Assembly (NCBI GenBank): GCA_018302545.1
Contig: JAGVZM010000002.1
Span: 2,198-66,197 of the forward strand
Reading direction: 5' to 3'
DNA: 64,000 nucleotides
Origin: Candidatus Woesearchaeota archaeon
GTDB lineage: Archaea > Nanobdellota > Nanobdellia > SCGC-AAA011-G17 > GW2011-AR18
Below the pieces are notes generated by a model. The model was given only the letters and a program-made list of their open reading frames with translations, made no database searches and was not told where the DNA came from. Position 1 is the stretch's first letter. Every line of letters starts with the position of its first letter. A program made the translations under genes and the position numbers. Positions 55,109 to 62,565 of the stretch are shown piece after piece.

Positions 55109-55131
55109 ATTAGTTTAAAAACTAAAGACAA
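55109..55131 (+). other. tRNA-Gln intron 1 (23 nt, D-loop after A14-G15), canonical hBHBh' motif
   Basis: Outer helix GTC/GGC (55100-02/55133-35), central helix GTCT/AGAC (55103-06/55126-29), bulges AGA (55107-09) and AAC (55130-32), inner helix TTAGTT/AACTAA with a TAAA loop. Confidence 0.75.
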
Positions 55132-55154
55132 CGGCCCAGGATCGAGGACTCTGG

Positions 55155-55167
55155 ATCAATAGGAGAA
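55155..55167 (+). other. tRNA-Gln intron 2 (13 nt, position 37/38)
   Basis: Anticodon stem as outer helix, central helix CTCT/GGAG (one G-U), bulges GGA and AAA; no real inner helix (relaxed hBH). Confidence 0.7.
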
Positions 55168-55403
55168 ATCCTTGGACGGCAGTTCGAATCTGCCCGGGAC
55201 TATTTTTCCAATAAATTTAAATAACTTTAGTCTTAATCTATTTTCATGAAAACATCAAAGCTAATACAAAATAAGTATTTTTTCTTAGCCATGCTTATGA
55301 TGTTCTAATAGCCTAAAATATTTAGGAGGCCATTGCAATGATAAAAAACAACAAACAGATAGAAGAAGGAACTTTTAAATATCTAGAACTATCAAAGAAA
55401 AAA

Positions 55404-57527
55404 ATGAAGAAAAAGTTTTATATCACAACACCAATTTACTATGTAAATGATAAACCTCATGTTGGTCATGCATATACTACAATAATAGCAGATATTCTAG
55501 CAAGGTGGCATAGATTAAAACAAGAAGATGTATTTTTCCTAACTGGATTAGATGAAAACGGACAAAAAACAGTCGAAGCTTCTATAAAGTTCGGATTTAA
55601 AAGTCCACAAGCATGGTGTGATTATATAGCAGAAGAATATCTAAAAACATGGAAAAATCTAAACATAAGCAATGATGATTTTATAAGAACAACAGAAGAA
55701 AGACACCATAAACTTTCTATAGAGTTCACAAAAAAAGTTCAAAAAAAAGGAGACATCTATAAAGGAAACTATATAGGATTATATTGTGAAGGTTGTGAAG
55801 CATACATAACAGAATCAGAATTAACAAAAGAAGGTTTTTGTCCAAATCACAATAAAAAACCAAAGGAGTTACATGAAGAAAATTACTTTTTCAAATTAAG
55901 TAAATATGATAAACAATTACTAGAACATATAGAGAATAATCCAAGTTTCATACAACCCGAGTTCAGGAAAAAAGAAATTATTAATTTCATAAAGCAAGGA
56001 TTAAAAGATATAAGTATCTCTAGGCAGAGTTTAACATGGGGAATTCCTTTTCCTGGAGATGAATCTCAAAGAATTTATGTTTGGTTTGATGCATTATTAA
56101 ATTATTTGCACCCAAAGGAATATTGGCCTGCAAATATACAAATGATGGGTAAAGAAATAATAAAATTTCATTGTATAATCTGGCCGGCAATGCTTCTCTC
56201 AGCCGGATATAAACTTCCAAAAAAAGTATTTGCTCATGGATGGTTAACAATAAATGGAGAAAAGATGTCTAAATCTTTAGGCAATGCTATAGACCCAAAT
56301 CACCTTACTAAAACATTTGGAACAGATGCATTAAGATACTATTATGCAAGAGAAGTACCTTTAGGAAATGATGGAGATTTTTCAGAAAAACAATTAGTAG
56401 CTAGATTAAACAATGAGCTAGCAAATGAACTAGGCAACTTAATTTCAAGAACCTTAACTTTAATAGAAAAAAAATTAAATTCAGAAATAAAAAAAGATAA
56501 GGTAGATAAAACATTATTCAAAGATTTAAAGGTTAAACAAATCGACAAGTTCATCCAAGATATAGAACCCCATAATGCAATTGCATTAATTTTTCATTTT
56601 ATACATTCATGTAATCAATATATTAGCGAAAAAGAGCCATGGAACATCAATAAAGAAAATGAATTAAATAAAATACTCTATAATTTAACAGATGCTATTA
56701 GAATAATATCAATATTGCTCTATTCATTTCTACCAGAAACATGTGAAAAGATTCATAAACAATTATCTTTAGACACTAAAAAATTAAGTTTAGCTCAGGC
56801 TATTCCTGGAATATTAACAACAACAAAAATAAACAAAGGAGAAATTTTATTCCAAAAAGTAATTTTCAAAGAAACAAAAGATGTTTTCAAAAATCCTAAA
56901 TGTTATGTAACTCCAGAAGTGCAAAGATTAGGAATTAAAGTTAAATTTGCAGAATTAATCAACCTAAATATAAAAAAGAAACATATGGGTTTAGAAAAAT
57001 TAAAATCTGAAATAAAGAAAAGTTTCAAACCGAACATAAGAGTACTAAAAGGATATGATAATTACTCTAGATTATTAAACATAGAAGAAGGACAATGCTC
57101 AGTCTACAATTTAATGGATTTAGTTGAAGAAAACGGAAAACTTCCAACAATAAATACAGCTGTAGATAGTTATAATATTATATCTCTTGCTAAAAGCCTT
57201 GTTGTAGGTGCTCATGATAGAGAACATGTAAAGGGACCAGTGAGGTTTGATATTTTTAAAGGAAATGAATTATACATCCCATTATTCACAAATGAAAAAA
57301 AATCAGTTAATAAAGGAGAATTTGGTTGTATTGATGATGAAAAAGTTCTTTGTAGACTAGATATTAAACAAGGCGATCAAACAAAGGTGACAGAAAAAAC
57401 AAAGAATATTATTCTTTATGTACAAGGAAATGAATATACTTCAGAAGAATATTTGCAGGAAGCAATAGAAGAAATTTGTAAGTTAATGATTAGATTTTGT
57501 GATGGAGAATATAAAATATTAAATTAA
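55404..57527 (+). CDS. metG: methionyl-tRNA synthetase fused to a C-terminal B3/4 (COG3382-like) domain
   Basis: FYITTPIYYVNDKPHVGHAY (HIGH), Zn knuckle CEGCEAY...CPNH, KMSKSLGN; C-terminal about 200 aa LPTINTAVDSYNIISLAKSLVVGAHD...GEFGCIDDEKVLCRLDIKQGDQTKVTEKTKN match the B3/4 pattern; ORF opens at 55338 but MKKKFYITTP (55404) fits the family. Confidence 0.9.
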   Translation: MKKKFYITTPIYYVNDKPHVGHAYTTIIADILARWHRLKQEDVFFLTGLDENGQKTVEASIKFGFKSPQAWCDYIAEEYLKTWKNLNISNDDFIRTTEERHHKLSIEFTKKVQKKGDIYKGNYIGLYCEGCEAYITESELTKEGFCPNHNKKPKELHEENYFFKLSKYDKQLLEHIENNPSFIQPEFRKKEIINFIKQGLKDISISRQSLTWGIPFPGDESQRIYVWFDALLNYLHPKEYWPANIQMMGKEIIKFHCIIWPAMLLSAGYKLPKKVFAHGWLTINGEKMSKSLGNAIDPNHLTKTFGTDALRYYYAREVPLGNDGDFSEKQLVARLNNELANELGNLISRTLTLIEKKLNSEIKKDKVDKTLFKDLKVKQIDKFIQDIEPHNAIALIFHFIHSCNQYISEKEPWNINKENELNKILYNLTDAIRIISILLYSFLPETCEKIHKQLSLDTKKLSLAQAIPGILTTTKINKGEILFQKVIFKETKDVFKNPKCYVTPEVQRLGIKVKFAELINLNIKKKHMGLEKLKSEIKKSFKPNIRVLKGYDNYSRLLNIEEGQCSVYNLMDLVEENGKLPTINTAVDSYNIISLAKSLVVGAHDREHVKGPVRFDIFKGNELYIPLFTNEKKSVNKGEFGCIDDEKVLCRLDIKQGDQTKVTEKTKNIILYVQGNEYTSEEYLQEAIEEICKLMIRFCDGEYKILN

Positions 57528-57529
57528 AG

Positions 57530-57727
57530 TCAATCTTTCTTTAAACCAATTCTAATTAATTCAAACCCGATAATTGAAAATATGGAAGACAAAATAACTG
57601 AAATAAAAACAGCATTTCCTAAACTACTTCTTTGGCCGCCAAATAAAGGTTGTGTCATGTAAAAAACACTAATATAAAATAGGAGTAATATAAAAACCCC
57701 AAAAATCAAAGAAATAATTTTTTTCAT
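57530..57727 (-). CDS. hypothetical small membrane protein
   Basis: 65 aa, 2 TM. Confidence 0.35.
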   Translation of the reverse strand: MKKIISLIFGVFILLLFYISVFYMTQPLFGGQRSSLGNAVFISVILSSIFSIIGFELIRIGLKKD

Positions 57728-57765
57728 GTTAAATAATATTTAAATATTAAAAAAATAAAGAAAAT

Positions 57766-58011
57766 TTAAGCAGAGCCTTTAAAGCCCCACCATAACATTT
57801 TCAAACCCCATAAAAATACTAACAATCCCAAAGATCTTTCAAATGTAAACCATCCAACTGGAAACATCATTAATAACCCTAGAACAGCAGTTAACAAAGC
57901 ACATAAAACCATACACCAGCTGCCACTCATACACTTACAAGGACTACAATTACACATAGAACACATGTTCTTATTCATTGATTTCATTTCTTTTTTAGCC
58001 ATAAATATCAC
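57766..58011 (-). CDS. hypothetical small Cys-rich membrane protein
   Basis: 81 aa; CSMCNCSPCKCMSGSWC then 2 TM. Confidence 0.4.
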   Translation of the reverse strand: MIFMAKKEMKSMNKNMCSMCNCSPCKCMSGSWCMVLCALLTAVLGLLMMFPVGWFTFERSLGLLVFLWGLKMLWWGFKGSA

Positions 58012-58086
58012 ACTCCCTTTAATAGATTATTGATAAAAATTAGATTTAAAATACTTTCCAAAAATAGCTATAAGTTCATATTAAAA

Positions 58087-59409
58087 TTATTTTAAGATCT
58101 TTTGACAAATTATTAAAGTAAATAAAGAAACTGGCAATGAAATTACTGCTGTTTCCGGATTAATTAAATTTGTAATAAACAAAATTAAAACTGTAATTAT
58201 ACCCATCATAAGACTATAAAAAACTGCCTTTTCTTTAAGTTTCCAATAAAAAGATCCAAATACCACTGGAAAAAGAACAAGAGATAAACTGCCTAATGAA
58301 AAACCTATTCTAATAATATCCTGATAAAACGAAGCAATTAAAACTGCTAAAGAAACAAAAATAACCATAAAGACTCTTGTTAATTTTATCATTGAATATT
58401 CACTACATCTTATTGAGTAATTTTTTAAATCCCTAGTTACAATAGAAGATACTACAAAAGTAATCGTATCTGAAGAAGATAAACTAACAGCATAAAGTAA
58501 AATAATTCCAAATTCTTTTAATCCTAAAGGTAATAAGTTTGAAAAACCAGTAAGAAGAGCATCTTCTGGAACTATATTTGGAAAGAACTGCTTAGTTACA
58601 AGTCCAACAACACTTATAATAACTGCTAGAAAAGGAAGTATAAATGCAGAATAGCTTAACCCTTTTTTTACACTTTTCTCATCTTTAGCAGCAAAAATTC
58701 TCTGCCATAAGTCTGGGGCAACAACAATACTAAAGGCACCAATAAGAACAAAACCTAAGATATTTCCAAATCCTAAATTTGTTAAATTTATGTCCAAACT
58801 AGGAACGTCTGCCTTTCCAAAAAGAAATAACCCAACAGTCAAGCTCATTAAAATCATAATCATAAATTGAAAATAATCTGTTCTTAAGACAGCTTTAAAG
58901 CCTGCTAAAAACAAGTAAGTAAGAACAACAAGCCCCCCAATACTAACTGCAATATACAGAGGCAAAGAAAAAATACTTGAAAGAATTTTACCACTAATAA
59001 TAAGATTTACTATTAAGATTCCAAAAAATTGAATGATGAGAATAATGGAAAAAAGAAGGCCATTAGACTTACCAAAAATATTATAAAAGAATTCAGGCAT
59101 AGAATAAGAGTTTGTTAAATCTGCCTTAGTTTTGATATTTATAGCATATTTTCTTAATAATATAAACCCAAAAGCTAAACCTATAAAGAGCCAAATTGCA
59201 GAGAATCCAAATTGATAAATATAAGCCACAAATATAGCTAAGGTTGCACCATCAAAAAAACCTGCACTCATTGTTGCAGCTAATTGCACCCCTTTAACTT
59301 TTCTTTCAGCAATCATAAAACTGTCTTCAGTTTTGCTTCTAGAAGAAATAATACCTATTAAAAAAACTACTAAAAAGTACAATAAGAAAAATACAATCGC
59401 CCAATTCAT
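58087..59409 (-). CDS. sodium:solute symporter family (SSF) transporter
   Basis: 440 aa, about 12 TM; N-terminal pattern ...FMIAERKVKGVQLAATMSAGFFDGATL typical of SSF. Confidence 0.7.
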   Translation of the reverse strand: MNWAIVFFLLYFLVVFLIGIISSRSKTEDSFMIAERKVKGVQLAATMSAGFFDGATLAIFVAYIYQFGFSAIWLFIGLAFGFILLRKYAINIKTKADLTNSYSMPEFFYNIFGKSNGLLFSIILIIQFFGILIVNLIISGKILSSIFSLPLYIAVSIGGLVVLTYLFLAGFKAVLRTDYFQFMIMILMSLTVGLFLFGKADVPSLDINLTNLGFGNILGFVLIGAFSIVVAPDLWQRIFAAKDEKSVKKGLSYSAFILPFLAVIISVVGLVTKQFFPNIVPEDALLTGFSNLLPLGLKEFGIILLYAVSLSSSDTITFVVSSIVTRDLKNYSIRCSEYSMIKLTRVFMVIFVSLAVLIASFYQDIIRIGFSLGSLSLVLFPVVFGSFYWKLKEKAVFYSLMMGIITVLILFITNLINPETAVISLPVSLFTLIICQKILK

Positions 59410-59443
59410 AAAATAAAAATCTAAAATTTACTTATAAATAATA

Positions 59444-59462
59444 GTTGTTTTTAAAAAACAAC
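59444..59462. promoter_or_regulatory. near-perfect palindrome in divergent promoter region, candidate TrmB-family operator
   Basis: GTTGTTTTT-A-AAAAACAAC (9-bp arms) lies between the divergent SSF transporter (start 59409) and TrmB-like regulator (start 59495). Confidence 0.35.
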
Positions 59463-59494
59463 ATATTTAAATAAACCAAAAATAAACATAACTT

Positions 59495-60214
59495 ATGGAA
59501 TATCAAAGCTTAAACTATTTAGGATTAAATGAAAAAGAAAAAGAAGTTTATATTTTACTTTTAAAACTAGGAACTAGTAGAGCAAGTAATTTATTACAAA
59601 AAATAAATATCAATAGAAGTGTTCTTTACTCTATATTAAATTCCTTAGAAAATAAAGGATTTATAACAAAAATAATAAAACAAAATCTAACTTATTTTAA
59701 TCCAATAAATCCAAATTTATTATTAAAAAAATACAAAGAAAATGAAAAAATTTTAGAAAAAGAAATAAAAAAATTAACTGAAATTTCTAGTATAAAAATA
59801 GAAAAACCAAAAATACAAATTTTATCTGGACATAATGGAATATTAACTCTTATGCAAGATATTATAGATTCAAAAGAAGAAAATTTAGTAATAGGAGAAG
59901 AAAAGCATTATCATCAAATAGTAGAAATCTATTCAAAACAATTTTTAACAACAATAGAAGAATTAGATTTAAAAGAAAGAGTACTTGTAACTCATGGTCT
60001 TAAAACTTCTCCAAATACTAAAAATTCTGAGAAAAGATATTTACCAAAAGGATATGAATTTTCTTCTTCAGTAGGGATTTATGGAAATAAAGTAGTAATT
60101 GCTTTTTGGAAAGATCCTTTAACATTTCTTTGGATTGAAGATAAAGATTTAGCAGAGAGTTATAAAAATATTTTTGAGATTCTTTGGAAAATAAGAAAAA
60201 AAAGAATTAATTAA
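59495..60214 (+). CDS. TrmB-family transcriptional regulator
   Basis: 239 aa; N-terminal wHTH LGLNEKEKEVYILLLKLGTSRASNLLQKININRSVLYSILNSLENKGFI; C-terminal effector-type domain. Confidence 0.7.
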   Translation: MEYQSLNYLGLNEKEKEVYILLLKLGTSRASNLLQKININRSVLYSILNSLENKGFITKIIKQNLTYFNPINPNLLLKKYKENEKILEKEIKKLTEISSIKIEKPKIQILSGHNGILTLMQDIIDSKEENLVIGEEKHYHQIVEIYSKQFLTTIEELDLKERVLVTHGLKTSPNTKNSEKRYLPKGYEFSSSVGIYGNKVVIAFWKDPLTFLWIEDKDLAESYKNIFEILWKIRKKRIN

Positions 60215-60237
60215 ATGGTAGGCTATGTTAGATTTCC

Positions 60238-60286
60238 TCTGCCTCTAAAAAGGGCTTTTCCGTAAAGGAAGAACTTTGGAGGCAGA
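60238..60286. terminator. GC-enriched long hairpin between convergent genes (terminator or small structured RNA)
   Basis: TCTGCCTC (60238-45) pairs with GAGGCAGA (60279-86); internal AAAG/CUUU and UUUUCC/GGAAGA helices. Confidence 0.3.
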
Positions 60287-60337
60287 CAATGCTTAATATT
60301 TTGATTACGTTCTCAAATAGGAAAAATCTTCATACAA

Positions 60338-61321
60338 TCAAGACTTTAAAGAAATATCTACATAATTAAAATATAACTTATGTAATCTAAAAAATTCTCC
60401 TAGGATTATTCTATTATTTTTTTCATAATTATCAAAAATAAGCCTCGCTTCATAAAAGAATAATCTTAAAATTTGTTGATTCGTATTTAAGGCCACTTTA
60501 TAATCATTTTTAAAATTTTTAAGTTCTTTCAAGTATAAATTCCGTACTTCTTTAATTATAAAACTAAATTTCCTTTTCTTGATTCTAAGTTCATGAGAAT
60601 CTAAGAGTACTTTATTTAGTTCTCTCTCATTAAGCAAAGTAAATGAAGTCGATACAAGTTCTAAATAACCAATCATTAAAGATTGGAAATTCTTTCTTTT
60701 TATGAGTGAAAGTTTCTTTGCAAGTAGATCAATGAGTTTTTTCTCTTCTTTAAATGAAAAAAATTCCAAAAAATCTTTAATAATATCCTTATTTTTTCCC
60801 CGAATAAGACTTATAAAAGGAGGTTGATTTTCTAAGGAAGTACTCCATAAAATTGCTGGAAATTCTTCAAGAATTGAAGTAACTTCAGATCCTTTAACTT
60901 TTAAAAATGTTGGAGTTGTTGTTGATTTATTCTTTCTATTTTTTTTAATATTATTTAATATTGATGAGAAAAAAATATGAATAAGGTCGTGTGCAGCAAG
61001 TAGGGAAAGTTCTTTTTTTAATTTTTCTAAAGCTTGTTTTCGGTCAACACCTTCCTGTCTCCATTTTTTGAAAGCCGCGACTAACAATTTTTTTCCTGCA
61101 TACTTAACATAGGATTTAAGAAATAATACTTCTTTTTTAGAGAGCTGATTTTTTGTTACTCCCAGGCCTTTCAAAAACAAATCAAAACATTTTCCCTTAA
61201 TGTAAATATTTTCTATCGATTCTCTAATCTCTTTCTGAGAAAGCAAATAATCAACTCTTGATTTAAAAGTTCTCATGTCAAAAACTAAATATAAAAAGTA
61301 TTTAAAGAATTGTTTTCTCAT
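60338..61321 (-). CDS. hypothetical protein
   Basis: 327-aa K-rich helical ORF; no family recognised. Confidence 0.5.
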   Translation of the reverse strand: MRKQFFKYFLYLVFDMRTFKSRVDYLLSQKEIRESIENIYIKGKCFDLFLKGLGVTKNQLSKKEVLFLKSYVKYAGKKLLVAAFKKWRQEGVDRKQALEKLKKELSLLAAHDLIHIFFSSILNNIKKNRKNKSTTTPTFLKVKGSEVTSILEEFPAILWSTSLENQPPFISLIRGKNKDIIKDFLEFFSFKEEKKLIDLLAKKLSLIKRKNFQSLMIGYLELVSTSFTLLNERELNKVLLDSHELRIKKRKFSFIIKEVRNLYLKELKNFKNDYKVALNTNQQILRLFFYEARLIFDNYEKNNRIILGEFFRLHKLYFNYVDISLKS

Positions 61322-61456
61322 CGCAAGTTCAAATCACAAGAGTTTCGCAATATTTAAGTAATACAAGCCATAAGTACAATATAACTAGGAGAAAACAAAA
61401 CAAGAGGGTGAAGCGTTATTCGTCAAAACCCACTCTCGAAAGTTCAGATCATAAAG

Positions 61457-61530
61457 TGGGCCCGATGTGATTTGAACACACGACCCCTACCTTATCAGAG
61501 TAGTGCTCCACCAAGCTGAGCTACGGGCCC
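61457..61530 (-). tRNA. tRNA-Ile(GAU), intronless
   Basis: Minus strand GGGCCCG TA GCTC AGCTTGGTG GAGC A CTACT CTGATAA GGTAG GGGTC GTGTG TTCAAAT CACAT CGGGCCC A; 74 nt; no encoded CCA. Confidence 0.9.
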
Positions 61531-61557
61531 TTTAGTTAAAAAAGCTCTAAAGAAGAT

Positions 61558-62373
61558 TTATAAAGATTTTGGGAAGCTTTTATAGAAAGAATAAGGGTCT
61601 AAATCTCCTTTAAGAATTAATTCTCTTTGTGGCAAATTAGTATGAGTAGGACAAAAACCAAATTTTTTCCAAACTAAATATTTAGTTAAATGCTTTCGAG
61701 AATTAAAACTAATAGTTTTCATCCATTTTTCTAACATATATTCACCAGAAATTTCTAATTGATTAGAGATATGGGTCTTTTCATATCTTTTCTTTGGAAA
61801 ATTAAATAAAGTAGATGTTTTGAAATTTAATTCTAATAATTTTTCATTAATTTGAGAAACTAAAGAAAATGAGCTAGAATTAAAACTAATAACTGGATAA
61901 GAATGATAAGTATTTTTTCGTTCCTTAAATGTTAAACAAAAATCAGAATCAGCCAAACCTCTAATAAAATCATTAAGAAATCTAGGTTCGAGTATAATAG
62001 AAGATATAAGATGATTAACTTTTGGACCAACTGGAAAATTAAGGGAAGTACTAAGAAAAGTAAAAATACCTTTGGATTGAGTAGACAATTTAAGGAAATC
62101 TCCTGAGTCCCTATAAATTTCATAGATCCTCAAGTTTTTATTAAATAATTTTTTAAACAATTTTACAAAAAAAATTCTATAAAAAATAGATTCATCTATC
62201 AAATGTCCGGCATATTCTAAAGAATAATAATATTTTTTAGGGTTTCCAAGATGGCCGTCACCCCAATGAATCCCTGAAAAATAACTTAATTCTCTAGTTA
62301 ATTTTGTGGGAATATTGATCTTATGAGAGAGGTCATAATTACTATATTGCACATTAGAAACGTCTAAATTCAT
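61558..62373 (-). CDS. free-standing double-motif LAGLIDADG homing-endonuclease-like protein
   Basis: 271 aa; motifs YFSGIHWGDGHL and FIRGLADSDFCL about 110 aa apart; lies between tRNA-Asn and tRNA-Ile on the same strand. Confidence 0.65.
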   Translation of the reverse strand: MNLDVSNVQYSNYDLSHKINIPTKLTRELSYFSGIHWGDGHLGNPKKYYYSLEYAGHLIDESIFYRIFFVKLFKKLFNKNLRIYEIYRDSGDFLKLSTQSKGIFTFLSTSLNFPVGPKVNHLISSIILEPRFLNDFIRGLADSDFCLTFKERKNTYHSYPVISFNSSSFSLVSQINEKLLELNFKTSTLFNFPKKRYEKTHISNQLEISGEYMLEKWMKTISFNSRKHLTKYLVWKKFGFCPTHTNLPQRELILKGDLDPYSFYKSFPKSL

Positions 62374-62411
62374 TTAACTAATTAAAGAAAAAAGATTTAA
62401 AAGCTATATTT

Positions 62412-62433
62412 GAATTTTTCCGAAAATATTTCA
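62412..62433 (-). promoter_or_regulatory. recurring promoter-proximal motif, instance 4 (degenerate: TGAAATATTTTCGGAAAAATTC)
   Basis: Motif centre is 48 nt upstream of the ATG at 62373; TATA-like CTTTTAAATC in between; about 15/22 identity to instance 1, with a conserved TTTCGGAAA core. Confidence 0.4.
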
Positions 62434-62491
62434 GAAAAGTTGTGAAGAACATAAACGCCCTAGGCGGGACTCGAACCTGCGACCCCTTGAT

Positions 62492-62505
62492 CTCTGCTCA
62501 GTAAG
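62492..62505 (-). other. tRNA-Asn intron 3 (14 nt, position 37/38)
   Basis: Central helix CTGT/GCAG (one G-U), bulges TAC and AGA; cuts leave CTGTTA|A. Confidence 0.65.
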
Positions 62506-62512
62506 TAACAGT

Positions 62513-62534
62513 TTCACAGTCGTTATGTAGAACA
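62513..62534 (-). other. tRNA-Asn intron 2 (22 nt, anticodon stem 30/31)
   Basis: Bulges TGT and AAA flank CAC(T)/(T)GTG; inner helix GTT/GAC; removal turns CTTG...A into the 5-bp stem CTTGA/TCAAG. The 31/32 alternative would leave a U-U mismatch. Confidence 0.55.
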
Positions 62535-62549
62535 CAAGTGCTCTACCTG

Positions 62550-62565
62550 TTGCTCCCTAATAGGT
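62550..62565 (-). other. tRNA-Asn intron 1 (16 nt, D-loop after A14-G15)
   Basis: Central helix GCTC/GAGC, bulges AGA and AAC (identical to the tRNA-Gln D-loop intron), inner helix CCT/AGG; outer helix poor (relaxed BHB). Confidence 0.65.

Larger units (their letters stand above)
55094..55202 (+). tRNA. tRNA-Gln(CUG) with two introns (D-loop and canonical 37/38)
   Basis: Acceptor AGTCCCG/CGGGACT, T-arm GGCAG-TTCGAAT-CTGCC. Spliced D-arm GTCT-AGCGGCCCA-GGAT. Anticodon arm GAGGA-CTCTGGA-TCCTT, variable GGAC. 109-nt gene, 73-nt mature; no encoded CCA. Confidence 0.8.

Noticed and set aside
55094-55202. Using the AGAC at 55126-55129 as the genuine 3' D-stem of tRNA-Gln (would imply three tiny introns and a D-loop without GG)
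   Set aside because: It requires a ~10-nt intron too small for a BHB and loses the conserved G18/G19. The AGAC instead forms the central helix of a complete hBHBh' motif as an intronic decoy.
60215-60337. Split-tRNA half or C/D box sRNA in the GC-enriched spacer
   Set aside because: No acceptor/T-arm or D/anticodon half could be fitted. No RUGAUGA/CUGA box pair is present. Only a long hairpin is supported.
61322-61456. ncRNA downstream of tRNA-Ile (relatively GC-rich stretch with a GGGT...ACCC hairpin)
   Set aside because: Only a short imperfect hairpin could be drawn, and no box motifs or tRNA-like elements. It is more simply the 5' UTR/promoter region of the 327-aa orphan gene.
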